Shown piece by piece: positions 37,373 to 47,900 of a stretch of 64,000 nt of DNA. Position 1 is the stretch's first letter. Every line of letters begins with the position of its first letter. The stretch is from Chloroflexota bacterium. GTDB lineage: Bacteria; Chloroflexota; UBA5177. The DNA is taken from assembly GCA_025449555.1 (NCBI GenBank), contig JANWJD010000084.1, positions 712 through 64,711 of the forward strand. Direction: 5' to 3'. Made by a program: the position numbers and the translations under genes. The notes beneath the pieces are model-generated. The model was given only the letters and a program-made list of their open reading frames with translations. It was not told the DNA's origin and made no database searches.

Positions 37373-38629
37373 TTAGGCAACAGCCACTTGCTCGGCATTG
37401 TGCAAGGGGAAACGAGCCGTGAGCGCCGTGACTTCTGACCTGAGATGCCCCTGCAGCGGCTCGTCCGTTGGGGCGGACAGCCGATCACAAATCCAGTCCG
37501 AAATTTGTCTCATCTCCGCCTCGCGCATGCCGCGCGTGGTACTGGCCGGAGTGCCGAGACGCAATCCGCTGGTTTGGGTCGGACTCCTGGTATCGAACGG
37601 GACGAGATTCTTGTTCGCTACCAGGCCAATGGACTCTAGCGCCTCCTGTGCCTCCCGGCCGGTGATGTCCTTCTCCCGGAAATCCATCACCATGAGGTGG
37701 TTGTCAGTCCCACCCGAAAGCAGCGTGTAGCCGCGCTCCTGGAGATTGGCTGCAAGCGTAGCAGCGTTCGCCACGATCTGCTGCGAGTATGCACGAAATG
37801 ACGGCTGAAGGGCCTCTCCAAAGGCTACCGCTTTCGCCAGTATCTGATGCATGAATGGGCCACCCTGCATATAGGGGAATACAGCGGAGTTGATTGATTT
37901 GGCCAGCTCGGCACGCGAAAGAATGAGGCCACCGCGCGGCCCGCGGAGGGTCTTGTGAGTGGTTGAAGTGACGATGTCGGCATACGGTAGAGGACTGGGA
38001 TGCACTCCACCGGCGATCAGACCCGCCACGTGGGCCATATCGAACATGAAGCAAGCTTCCACTGAGTCGGCGATAGCTCGAAGGCGTTCGAAGTCAAAGA
38101 ACCGAGGGTACGCGCTGGCTCCGGCCACTAGTAATTTTGGACGGAACTCGAGGGCCTGCTGCTGCAGTGCGTCGTAATCGATCCGATGGCTTGCCTCGTC
38201 GACACCGTACCAGGCGAAGTCATACAACTTTCCGGAGAAATTGAAGCCGCCGCCGTGGGTCAGATGTCCCCCATGATTCAAATTCATGGCAAGCACACGG
38301 TCACCCGGCGTCAATACGGCGGCATACGCGGCCATATTTGCCATTGCGCCCGCGTGAGGTTGTACGTTAGCGTGCTCGGCTCCGAACAATTCCTTGACGC
38401 GCGCGAGCGCCAACTCCTCGGCTTCATCGACGTATTCACAGCCGCCGTAGTAACGTTTGTGCGGATATCCCTCCGCGTACTTGTCGGTCAAGACCGATCC
38501 TGTTGCTTCCAACACAGCTGCACTGCAATGGTTCTCTGACGCAATGAGCACGATATCTTCCGATTGGCGCCGTTGTTCTCGTTCCACGATGGCGAAGGCT
38601 TCTGGATCTGTGTGTGAGAGCGCCGACAT
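37373..38629 (-). CDS. glyA: Serine hydroxymethyltransferase
   Basis: LIASEN, KYAEGYP..RYYGG, GGHLTHG, STTHKTLRGPRGG; AAGGAGG RBS. Confidence 0.97.
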   Translation of the reverse strand: MSALSHTDPEAFAIVEREQRRQSEDIVLIASENHCSAAVLEATGSVLTDKYAEGYPHKRYYGGCEYVDEAEELALARVKELFGAEHANVQPHAGAMANMAAYAAVLTPGDRVLAMNLNHGGHLTHGGGFNFSGKLYDFAWYGVDEASHRIDYDALQQQALEFRPKLLVAGASAYPRFFDFERLRAIADSVEACFMFDMAHVAGLIAGGVHPSPLPYADIVTSTTHKTLRGPRGGLILSRAELAKSINSAVFPYMQGGPFMHQILAKAVAFGEALQPSFRAYSQQIVANAATLAANLQERGYTLLSGGTDNHLMVMDFREKDITGREAQEALESIGLVANKNLVPFDTRSPTQTSGLRLGTPASTTRGMREAEMRQISDWICDRLSAPTDEPLQGHLRSEVTALTARFPLHNAEQVAVA

Positions 38630-38695
38630 GCAGACCTCCTTGTGGACTGGGCGCGAGGAGCACGGGCCTCGACCGCCGAGTCTCACCGACTCCTG

Positions 38696-39295
38696 TCAAA
38701 AAATGCGAATCGTCAAGCTTGTCAATTCGTTCAATGGCCAGTACGATATCCAGGCTCTTCCGATGATGTACCTGCGGGCAAGCCAGGGAGTCCTCGGCCA
38801 TCGACTGGAATCGAAGCTGTTGTTTCGGTTGTCGCCCAGAACAAAATAACTGTTTTCCGGTACCCGCCGCACTGCGAATGAGTTTACCGACAGGGACGTG
38901 ATGTATGACTCGTGCACTTGACGCCGGTTGACGTAGACGCGCCCGCCGCGAATCTCTACGGTGTCACCGGGTTGAGCGATAATCCGTTTGATAAAGTCGC
39001 GATCCGGATTGTCGGCCGGCACAGCCCGAAACACTACCACGTCCCCGCGCTGCGGAGCGTGAAACCAATACTCTGCCTTGTCGACCAATACATACTCGTC
39101 ATTATGAAGAGTTGGTTGCATCGAGTCGCCTTGCACTCGAAAGTTCTGAAATGCGACTCGCACGATGAGAAACATCACGCCTGCCAGAATCACGGTTTGC
39201 GAAATTTCGCGCCAACGTCGGGTTTTGCGTTCGGTCGCCGGGCCCTTTTCGCGCATTCCACCCGAAGGCTCATTTTCGAGCCGTGAAGTGGTCAA
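38696..39295 (-). CDS. lepB: Signal peptidase I
   Basis: GDSMQPTL, RGDVVVF, FIKRII, GDNRNNSFDS. Confidence 0.95.
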   Translation of the reverse strand: MTTSRLENEPSGGMREKGPATERKTRRWREISQTVILAGVMFLIVRVAFQNFRVQGDSMQPTLHNDEYVLVDKAEYWFHAPQRGDVVVFRAVPADNPDRDFIKRIIAQPGDTVEIRGGRVYVNRRQVHESYITSLSVNSFAVRRVPENSYFVLGDNRNNSFDSSRWPRTPWLARRYIIGRAWISYWPLNELTSLTIRIF

Positions 39296-40680
39296 TCCGG
39301 CCCCGGATGCGTCATCTGCAGTGCGGCCAGCAATCCCTCCAGCAGGCTGCTCTCTTCCTCCTCACCCACGGTTCGCGGATCGATCACGATTCGCCCGGCA
39401 TGGGTACGCGCGATGATCGGGGTCTCAAGTGCGCGCAGCGTTTCGGCCTTGATCGAGGGAGGCAGAACAACCAGCGTGGTCGGCAGCGTCTCACCGGGCA
39501 GTGAACCGCCTCCGACGGTGGATTCTCCTGGTTCCAGGTGTAGTCGCAGCCCACGCGTCTCTGCCTGCGTTTGCAACGAGCGAGCGCGTATTTCAATCTG
39601 AGTGGAGCTTTGGGCGATCATGCGCCACACCGGCACCGTTTTTTCGGCATTCCCCGCGAGGTACGAGTGAACTGTGGCTGAGAGCGCCGCGATTGTGACT
39701 TTGTCCGGCCGCACCGCACGAGCCAGCGGATGACCTCGAAGTCGATTGACCAAACTCGCACGGCCCAGGATGAGACCGGATTGTGGACCTCCCATGAGTT
39801 TATCTCCCGAAAATGCGACGAGATCGACTCCTGCTGCTAGCGCCTCCGGAACTGTGGGCTCGTGCGCGAGTCCGAAGCGCTCAGTATCGAGCAGCGCACC
39901 GCTCCCGTTATCGTCGATGAGCGGGAGGCCGTGTGCGTGAGCTAAGTTGGCCAATTCGGGCAACGCAACTGTTTCCGTGAAACCGACGATGCGAAAGTTG
40001 CTGGTGTGTACATTCAAGATGGCGGCGGTTCTGGCATTGATTGCTTCCGCATAGTCCGGCAAGCGTGTACGGTTGGTCGTGCCGACTTCGACCAGCTTCG
40101 CGCCACTTTGTTTGAGAACGACGGGCACACGGAAACCGCCCCCGATTTCTACCGACTGACCGCGTGACACGATCACCTCGCGTCGCTTTGCCAGAGCAGT
40201 GATGATCAGCAGAACGGCCGCGGAGGCGCTGACCGTGACGAACGCTGCTTCAGCTCCTGTCAACGATGTCAATTGCCGTCCAACGCGCGTCTGTCGGTCG
40301 CCTCGACCGCCGCTCGTGAGGTCGTACTCGAGATCGCAGTACCCCGAAGCTACCGCGATCGCCTCCCTCGCTGCCGGGCCGAGCGGCGCCCGCGCCAGGT
40401 TCGTGTGGAGTATTACTCCAGTGGCGTTGATAATGCGACGCGGCCCTACCGCCCAATCCCGCAGGATGCGAGAACGAACGATGGCGGCGAACTCGTCGAC
40501 ACTTGGCGCGTGGACTTCTCGTGGCGACGCACTCCGGTACTCCTGAAGCGTTGATCGCACTAACCGAGTAACCGCTTCTTGTTGATACTGGGAAAGGATC
40601 TCCTCGAGAACTTCCGATCGCAATACGCCGTCTACCGATGGAAGTCCCCTCAGGAACGATCGATCGTGCTCCGTGCTCAA
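39292..40680 (-). CDS. selA: L-seryl-tRNA(Sec) selenium transferase
   Basis: INATGVILHTNLARAPL, LEYDL..G.RG, EIGGGFR, EVGTTNRT, HTSNFRIVGF, FSGDKLMGGPQ, GGGSLP. Confidence 0.95.
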   Translation of the reverse strand: MSTEHDRSFLRGLPSVDGVLRSEVLEEILSQYQQEAVTRLVRSTLQEYRSASPREVHAPSVDEFAAIVRSRILRDWAVGPRRIINATGVILHTNLARAPLGPAAREAIAVASGYCDLEYDLTSGGRGDRQTRVGRQLTSLTGAEAAFVTVSASAAVLLIITALAKRREVIVSRGQSVEIGGGFRVPVVLKQSGAKLVEVGTTNRTRLPDYAEAINARTAAILNVHTSNFRIVGFTETVALPELANLAHAHGLPLIDDNGSGALLDTERFGLAHEPTVPEALAAGVDLVAFSGDKLMGGPQSGLILGRASLVNRLRGHPLARAVRPDKVTIAALSATVHSYLAGNAEKTVPVWRMIAQSSTQIEIRARSLQTQAETRGLRLHLEPGESTVGGGSLPGETLPTTLVVLPPSIKAETLRALETPIIARTHAGRIVIDPRTVGEEEESSLLEGLLAALQMTHPGPD

Positions 40681-40693
40681 TCCCGGATTCGGT

Positions 40694-41017
40694 CTAGCGG
40701 AGAACGAAGAAGGCGATCACCAGCAGAACAACCATGGCGGGAGCGAGCACCGTAAGCATTCTGAGGTCCCGGCTCAAGTAATCGTAGTTGATCGCCAGCA
40801 CTGGAGTGCGTCGAGCCGCAGTCGGGCGACGCGTCGCAGTGGCGGAACGGGTGGCGGCACTCGCCTGGGGCTGGGGTACTGGGCGTTGAGGCGGCCCGGT
40901 CGGGATAAGCTCTTCCTGAGTTGCTCCAGATTGCGCCGGGACAGCCAGAGGTCGCGCGGCGCTCCGGGTACGCGATCTCGATTTCGGCGCGGATCGACCG
41001 TGAACCTTTTTGGGCAA
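40694..41017 (-). CDS. Hypothetical protein, basic N-terminus and one C-terminal TM helix
   Basis: YDYLSRDLR before a TM segment; AAAGGA RBS and TATAAT upstream; leads into selA. Confidence 0.65.
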   Translation of the reverse strand: MPKKVHGRSAPKSRSRTRSAARPLAVPAQSGATQEELIPTGPPQRPVPQPQASAATRSATATRRPTAARRTPVLAINYDYLSRDLRMLTVLAPAMVVLLVIAFFVLR

Positions 41018-41224
41018 GGCGAAATCCTTTAACTAGGGCAGGCCGGCTGGACCGCGCGAGAGGAGGGCCTGCACTTCTGTCTTGAGCCTGCGGCAGGAGC
41101 ATTATACATGTAGGCGGCTGCCTGGCGACGTATATACTATGGCGATAATTCACTTTCCGACAGCGAGATTGTCATCGATTCCTTCCACCACACCTACGAC
41201 CAACATGCCTTCATTTTCTGGCTC

Positions 41225-41701
41225 GTGCTGCTGGCAGCGGTAGTGGCTGTCGCCTTCTGGACCTGGCGCGTTAACCGCTATGCGCAGAGTGTGGAGGATC
41301 GCCTCGACTCCATCTTTCGCGAATCCGGCAATGAAAATACCGCGCGAGTTCTCGCCGACTACTTGAACACCGTGCGAACTACGGCGCAATCGGTAGCTCG
41401 CATGCAGGAACAGCATGAGGGCATTGTGCGGATCATGCCAACCGTAATCCGGCATGTCGGCTTGGTTAGATTTAGTCCATTTCATGACACCGGAAGCGAT
41501 CAAAGCTTCGCGCTCGCTTTGCTGGACGGCCACCAGGACGGTGTGGTCATCACTGCACTCCACTCGCGCACCGATAGTCGCTTATACGCCAAACCAGTTG
41601 AGCGGGGAAAGTCCTCGTATTCGCTTACGCCCGAAGAGAGAGACGCGATGGAGCGCGCGCTGACCGGCGAGCGGCCCGTTTCCGCCACGCGCCACGCCTA
41701 G
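41225..41701 (+). CDS. DUF4446 family protein
   Basis: N-terminal TM; VGLVRFSPF.DTGSDQSFALALLD...GVVIT.LHSR...RLYAKPV..G.S...LTPEE. The true start may lie further upstream. Confidence 0.85.
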   Translation: MLLAAVVAVAFWTWRVNRYAQSVEDRLDSIFRESGNENTARVLADYLNTVRTTAQSVARMQEQHEGIVRIMPTVIRHVGLVRFSPFHDTGSDQSFALALLDGHQDGVVITALHSRTDSRLYAKPVERGKSSYSLTPEERDAMERALTGERPVSATRHA

Positions 41702-42438
41702 GCGGCCCGCACTACGGTCAACAGGTTGGGACTGTCCGCTTCATACGGTTCCAGATCGTACGAACCATAGGTCTGGCCCGGTCGGAACCCAGCAGACAGT
41801 AGCATGAGTTCCAACTCGAATCGGTACGTGTACCGTAGTGGTAGGTGGGTTATAGCCCGCCTTACCGTTCCAGATTCGTCCGTCTGGTCGTACCACAGAG
41901 AAAGGTCGAGTAGTTGTTCGGCGGGCGAATCGACCGTACTCGAGAATGCTTGTAACTGAGTCCCATTTCCTTGCGAGTGGAAACGCAATTGAACCGCATC
42001 TCCCAGGTGCTGGTTCGCCAGGGTAAGGGGATTGGTGAGGTCCATCACGAGCAGACCGCCCTCGACCAGGCACGAGCGCGCTTGCCGGAGGGCGCCGACC
42101 TGTGCCTCCAGGTTGGGAAGATGCCAGAGCACGTTCAGCGGCCAGATTACCGTCCGAAATCGCGGCGGAAGGGAGAGCGCCTGCACCGACATGAGCTGCA
42201 CGGACGCATTGGCCAATCCGACAAGGCGGACGCGGGCAGCGGACAGCATGGCCCCCGAGGTATCGATTCCGACCACTTCCAGGCCCTTCCTGGCCAGCCG
42301 TTCAACAATCCGCCCAGTGCCGCAGCCCACTTCCAGCACCGGACCTTCCTGGACGACATTGGCGAAAAATGACACGTCGTCGTCAAACGCGTCGTGCTCC
42401 AGGTCATAGAACTCAACTATGTCTCGGTATGGGTCCAT
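41698..42438 (-). CDS. Class I SAM-dependent methyltransferase
   Basis: VLEVGCGTGR, GIDTSGAML, L..GGLLVMD. Confidence 0.92.
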   Translation of the reverse strand: MDPYRDIVEFYDLEHDAFDDDVSFFANVVQEGPVLEVGCGTGRIVERLARKGLEVVGIDTSGAMLSAARVRLVGLANASVQLMSVQALSLPPRFRTVIWPLNVLWHLPNLEAQVGALRQARSCLVEGGLLVMDLTNPLTLANQHLGDAVQLRFHSQGNGTQLQAFSSTVDSPAEQLLDLSLWYDQTDESGTVRRAITHLPLRYTYRFELELMLLSAGFRPGQTYGSYDLEPYEADSPNLLTVVRAA

Positions 42439-42502
42439 GCTGTGTCCGGAGTGCAGTATAGTCATTAGTATAGAGACGCAACCTTCATTGGAGGTTCAGA
42501 GA

Positions 42503-43669
42503 ATGGGGAATGGTAGGGGACCCGTTCTCGTCGTCGACGACGAACCGGACATAGTCGATTTCTTAACGACGGTTCTGGTCGACGAAGGATACGCCACCGA
42601 GTCGGCCAGCGACGGCGTTGAGGCGTTGCAAAAGATCGCCGTCAGCGATCCGGCGCTCGTGATTCTCGATCTCATGATGCCGCGTATGTCCGGTTTCGAG
42701 GTACTAAAAGCACTCGGAGAAAGGCGCACGTCAGGACGTCCCTCGATTATCGTTTTGAGCGCGAAATCGAGCCATCACGATATCCTCGAGGCTCTCGAGA
42801 CGGGTGCCGACGATTTCATTCCCAAACCCTTCGACCTGGAGGACCTGCTCCTGCGGGTACGCGTCTGGCTGGACCGTTCGCAGGCGAGTCATGCCGAGGC
42901 GTCGAGTCTCAAAGTGTTCACATTGGGACCTTTTCGAGCTTTGCTCGGCAGCGAACTTCTATTTGACGAAGAAACGGGCGATCCGAGAGCACGTCTTCTG
43001 TTGAAATATTTGGTCACGGAGTGGGACCAGCCGATTCAACGTTCGACCGCCCTCTATCTCTTGTGGCCGGACCTTGAGGAGCACGACGCTTCCGATCGTC
43101 TGTCTGCGGTATTGGCTTCGCTCGCGCCACCGGCACGACCCGACCGTCAGGTAGGAAAATTCGTGCTGGAAGAAGGGTCCACCTTGCAGCTGAATAAGGG
43201 AGCCGACATCTGGGTAGATTCGATCGAATTCGAGGCACAGGTCAAAGCGGCACAGGATGCCCAGGAATCGGGCCAAGTCGACACTGCTTTGGGCCTTTTT
43301 CTGGCTGCGCTCGCACTGTACAAAGAGGATTACTTGCGTGAGAATCTGTACGAAGATTGGCCGAGTGATCGTCGAGAACGAATGCGAGAACTCTGGATTT
43401 CTTCGATGTTCCGAGTAGCGGCACTCTGTGCTGATCGTTGCGAGTACTCAGACAGCATCCGGCTGATGAAGAAAGTGCTCGATATCGATCCTTATCGTGA
43501 AAACGCATATCAGGCGCTGATGCTCTACCTCTCGCGAGCGGGCCGGCGGGGTGAGGCAATCAATCTATACCGGTATGCGGAGCGCCTTTTTGCGCAACAT
43601 TTAGCGGCACAGCCGGCTCCGTCCACCCGAATGTTGTACGAAAAGATATTGCGTGGCGAAGCAGGCTGA
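42503..43669 (+). CDS. Response regulator receiver fused to a SARP-type DNA-binding/BTAD domain
   Basis: VLVVDDE, ILDLMMPRMSG, DDFIPKPF; then TLGPF, LLWP, WVDSIEFE, DPYRENAYQALM, Y...L....P (BTAD). Confidence 0.9.
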   Translation: MGNGRGPVLVVDDEPDIVDFLTTVLVDEGYATESASDGVEALQKIAVSDPALVILDLMMPRMSGFEVLKALGERRTSGRPSIIVLSAKSSHHDILEALETGADDFIPKPFDLEDLLLRVRVWLDRSQASHAEASSLKVFTLGPFRALLGSELLFDEETGDPRARLLLKYLVTEWDQPIQRSTALYLLWPDLEEHDASDRLSAVLASLAPPARPDRQVGKFVLEEGSTLQLNKGADIWVDSIEFEAQVKAAQDAQESGQVDTALGLFLAALALYKEDYLRENLYEDWPSDRRERMRELWISSMFRVAALCADRCEYSDSIRLMKKVLDIDPYRENAYQALMLYLSRAGRRGEAINLYRYAERLFAQHLAAQPAPSTRMLYEKILRGEAG

Positions 43670-44894
43670 CCTCCTGAGCGTCGAGGACGCACGCGCCCGT
43701 ATACTCGCGCATTTCTTCCGCCTGGAAACAGAGCTGGTGCCGCTCGACGAGGCTCTCGGAAGAGTATTGGCGGAGTCGGTGACTTCTACTCTCGACATTC
43801 CGCCCTTCGCCAACTCGTCGATGGACGGCTTCGCATTGCAAAGCAGCTCCACGACACAAGCCGCACCGGGAAGTCCGGTTTCCCTGGACGTGGTCGACAA
43901 TATTCCCGCGGGCAGCTTCAGCTCTCGTGAGCTGAGACCCGGCGAGAGTGCTCGGATCATGACTGGCGCTCCTCTCCCACCAGGTGCAGACGCCGTAGTT
44001 CCTTTCGAGGACGTCGATGATCTGGGTAGCGAAATCCATCTCTCTATCGCCGTGTCGGAGGGCTTCAGCGTGCGGCCGGCTGGTCAGGATATCACCTCGG
44101 GAATCCAGGTTCTTTCATCCGGTGTGGCATTGGATTCACGACGCGTAGCACTTTTGGCGGCGATCGGCGTCGGCGTGGTGCCCGTGGTTCGACGGCCAAG
44201 GATAGCGATTTTGTCGACCGGTGATGAGTTGGTATCTCCGGGGACCCCGTTGCAACCGGGACAGATCTACAACAGCAATACTTCCATGCTCGTCGGCGCA
44301 GTATCCGAAGCAGGCGCCCTCCCGGTGGTTCTTCCCACCGTGCGAGACGATGTACGAGAGATCGTGGATTCAATTCATGCGGCGGCTGGTGCAGATCTTC
44401 TTCTCACGACTGGGGGCGCATCAGTGGGCGATTACGATCACATGAAAGATGTGATTGGCCATCAGGGTGAGTTGAACTTCTGGCGAGTGCGAGTCCGGCC
44501 GGGGAAACCTCTCTTGTTCGGATCCGTTGGCTCTCTTCCCGTCATCGGGCTTCCCGGAAACCCTACGAGCGGCATGGTCACTTTTGAACAATTCGCCCGG
44601 CCCGCTATACGGCGTATGTTGGGAGCTGGGTTGTACCGCCCTACCATTCACGTGCGTCTCGACGAGCGCATCGAGAACCTGGGTGGTCGACGAACATACG
44701 CCAGGGCACAACTTCGATATGAGGCGGGTGAATTTCACGCCACCCTTTCAGGGTCGCAAGATTCCGCCATGCTCATGCCACTCGCCATGGCCGACTGCCT
44801 GTTGATTGTCCCGGAGGACCGGGAAGAGCTGCGGGCCGGAGAAATCGCCATTGCGCAGGTATGGCGACTCCCGCAATCACCTGAAGAGGCGTAG
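43653..44894 (+). CDS. moeA: Molybdopterin molybdotransferase MoeA
   Basis: PPFANSSMDGFA, RIMTGAPLP.GADAV, STGDEL, TTGGASVGDYD, PGKP, GLPGNP. Confidence 0.96.
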   Translation: MAKQADLLSVEDARARILAHFFRLETELVPLDEALGRVLAESVTSTLDIPPFANSSMDGFALQSSSTTQAAPGSPVSLDVVDNIPAGSFSSRELRPGESARIMTGAPLPPGADAVVPFEDVDDLGSEIHLSIAVSEGFSVRPAGQDITSGIQVLSSGVALDSRRVALLAAIGVGVVPVVRRPRIAILSTGDELVSPGTPLQPGQIYNSNTSMLVGAVSEAGALPVVLPTVRDDVREIVDSIHAAAGADLLLTTGGASVGDYDHMKDVIGHQGELNFWRVRVRPGKPLLFGSVGSLPVIGLPGNPTSGMVTFEQFARPAIRRMLGAGLYRPTIHVRLDERIENLGGRRTYARAQLRYEAGEFHATLSGSQDSAMLMPLAMADCLLIVPEDREELRAGEIAIAQVWRLPQSPEEA

Positions 44895-44903
44895 ATCCGT
44901 GGT

Positions 44904-47900
44904 CTATACCGTAAGGGGTTCGCCGTCCACCCGAACTGCAGCACCTTCGAGCACCCTCGTCAGCTCCGACGCCAGTTCATCGCAGTACCCGATGGACGTG
45001 TTGGGCAGTGGAATCGCCGTCAATCGAGCGCCTTTCCGAACCAGGATTTCCACCTCGTCCTGGCCATGAAACCGTTGCATGACCTCGTAAGCGGCGACGA
45101 TGCGTGCCACGTCTTCCAGTCGATCAGGTCCGCGATGTATTTCGATTGTCAGGCGCTTTGGTGGCCGATCGAACGATGGTGCCGACGCTGCTCCATTTCC
45201 GTTTGCACCGGCTGACTCACTACGCACTTTGTGCTTGCCATTCAGGCCCGGAGACAAAGGGTGGTCACTCAAGTCCTCGAGTGCGTGCACCGCGCTGGCC
45301 AGTAAACGCAGTCGACCGTCGGAAGCGTCGATCTTCCCCTCGATCACCACGGTCGCCCCTTCGGTTAGTCTGGCGCTCACCTGCTCGTAACTTCGGCTAA
45401 ATACGACGACCTCCACGCTCGCTCGGAGATCGGAGAGCTGGAACGAGGCCATGGGCCGGCCGTCTTTGGTCGAGAACGAGCGTAACCGGCGAACTACTCC
45501 ACCGGCAGCGACTCGTTGTGCATCCTGCTCGCCCGTGACATCGCCCACGGGGATCGCGTTGGCGGCCCGAATGGCCGGCGCAAGATCGGCTATGGGATGA
45601 CGGGAGACGGTGGTCCCCAGCAATTCTTCCTCCCACTCGATCTTCTCGTCGAGGGACGCCGCGTCTACGATTGGAAGTTGGAGGATAGGCGCCACGGTCG
45701 AGGCGTCCCCGAAAAGTGACACCTGGCCCGACGCCGCCGCGCGTTGTACGCTCAAAGCGAATCCTGCAATTCGATCGAGTCCTTCGACTAATCTCTTTCG
45801 TTCCACTCCAATACCGTCGAGGGCCCCACACTTTGCCAGACTCTCGAGTACGCGCTTGTTGATGGCAGTGGAATCCATCCGCGTGCATAGATCTTCCAGG
45901 GACGCAAATGGGCCCCTTTCGTTCCGTGCTCGCAACAGTGACTCAACTGCCCCAGTGCCGACGTGTTTGATCGCCCCGAGACCGAATCGGATGCCTCCAT
46001 CTTCGAGCGTGAAGTCAACGTCGCTCCGGTTCACGTCCGGAGGAAGAATTCTTATGCCCAAACGGCCGCATTCGGACATGGCCTCGGTAACCTTCTCCGC
46101 GTTTTCTCGCTCCGCGGAAAGGTATCCGGCCAGATACTCTCTGGGATGGTTAGCCTTTAGATAGGCGGTCTGACAGGTAATGACTGCGTAGGCAGCGGCA
46201 TGGGCCTTGTTAAAGGCATAGCCCGCAAAAGGCTCGATCACGTTGAACAGGTGCTCAGCGGTCGCCGCATCGGTACCGCGGTCGCCGGCCCGTTCGATGA
46301 AGGCGGAACGATGCTTTGCGAGTTCAGCCGCCTTCTTCTTTCCCATGGCGCGCCGCAACAGATCGGCCTCCCCCATGGTGTATCCGGCCACCAGGGCAGC
46401 GACTCGCATCACCTGGTCCTGATAGACCACGATGCCATAGGTCTCTTGCAGCACTTCCTGCAGTGCGGGATGGTCGTATGTTACTCGCTTCAACCCGTTC
46501 TTCCGCGCCACGAATTCCGGAATGTGCTCCATCGGCCCCGGCCGATAGAGGGCACCGGCGGCGACGATATGTTTGAATTCGGTGGGACGCAATTCACGCA
46601 TCAATTTTCTGAAGCCTGCACCGTCAACCTGAAAAATTCCAAACGTGTCGCCCGAACTGAGCAGATCGTAAATACTGGAATCCTCCAGCGGAATATCATC
46701 AAGCTCACAGGAGGTTCCGGTCGTGGACTCAATGAAACCGCGGGCCCGCTCCAGAATCGTCAAAGTGCGGAGTCCAAGGAAGTCCATCTTGAGAAGGCCA
46801 ATTTTTTCGATCGACGCCATGGCGTACTGCGTGGTGACTTGATCGCTTTTTGGGACCTTATAAAGCGGAACGTGCTCGGCCAGTGGATCTTTTGAGATGA
46901 CGACGCCCGCCGCGTGAGTTGAAGCGTGACGCGCCACGCCCTCCAGATCTTCCACGGTGTCGAGTAACGTCTTCATGGCGTCATCAGTCTCGTAAAGCTG
47001 TCGCAGTTCAGCAACTTCCTCTTTCGCCTTGGCCACTTTCGAGCACATGAAGGGAACGAGCTTGGCTACGCGATCGACATCGGGATAAGGCATACCAAGT
47101 ACTCTGCCGACATCCCGCACACCGGCTCGCGGACCCATCGTGCCGAACGTAATAATTTGCGCTACACGATCACGCCCGTACTTTTCGTTCACATACTTGA
47201 TCACCTCGTCCCTGCGGTCGTCGGCAAAGTCCAGATCCATATCCGGCATAGTCACCCTCTCCGGGTTCAAAAACCGCTCGAAGGATAGTCCATGTCCCAC
47301 CGGATCGATGTTTGTGATGAAGAGGCAGTATGCCACAATGCTGGCGGCGGCGCTCCCCCGCCCAGGACCAACGGCGATTCCCTGTTCGCGCGCAAAGCGT
47401 ATAACGTCGTACACCAGCAAAAAGTAGTCGACGAAGCCGGTCCGGAAAATCACTGTCAGCTCGTATTCGAGGCGCGCACGGATCTCGGCAGTAACCTCGG
47501 GGTACCTCCGACTGAGTCCGGCTTCGCACAGCCGGCGCAGATACTCCTCAGAGGTAAGGCCATCCGGCGTGTCGAATTTCGGGAGGTGCGGTCGCCCGAA
47601 AACAAGGTCCAAATTACATCGATCGGCAATCGCGATCGTGTTGCTCACAGCTCCAGGGTAATCACCGAAAAGCGCGTGCATCTGCTGCGGAGACTTTAGA
47701 TAGAACTGTTGTGACTCCATGCGCATGCGCTTGGGATCGCTCATCGTGGTCTGCGTCTGAACGCACAACAACACTTCGTGCGCGTACGCCTGCCGCTCCG
47801 TCACATAGTGAACATCGTTTGTTGCCACGAGCGGAACTCCGAGGCGTTGGTGCAAGTGCAGGATTCCCTGGTTGATCGTCTTCTGGAATTCAAGCTCGTG

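Noticed and set aside
38630..38695. ZTP or THF riboswitch upstream of glyA
   Set aside because: Only 66 nt with small hairpins; lacks the GACUGRCG...CGYCUGGGC ZTP signature and the THF consensus.
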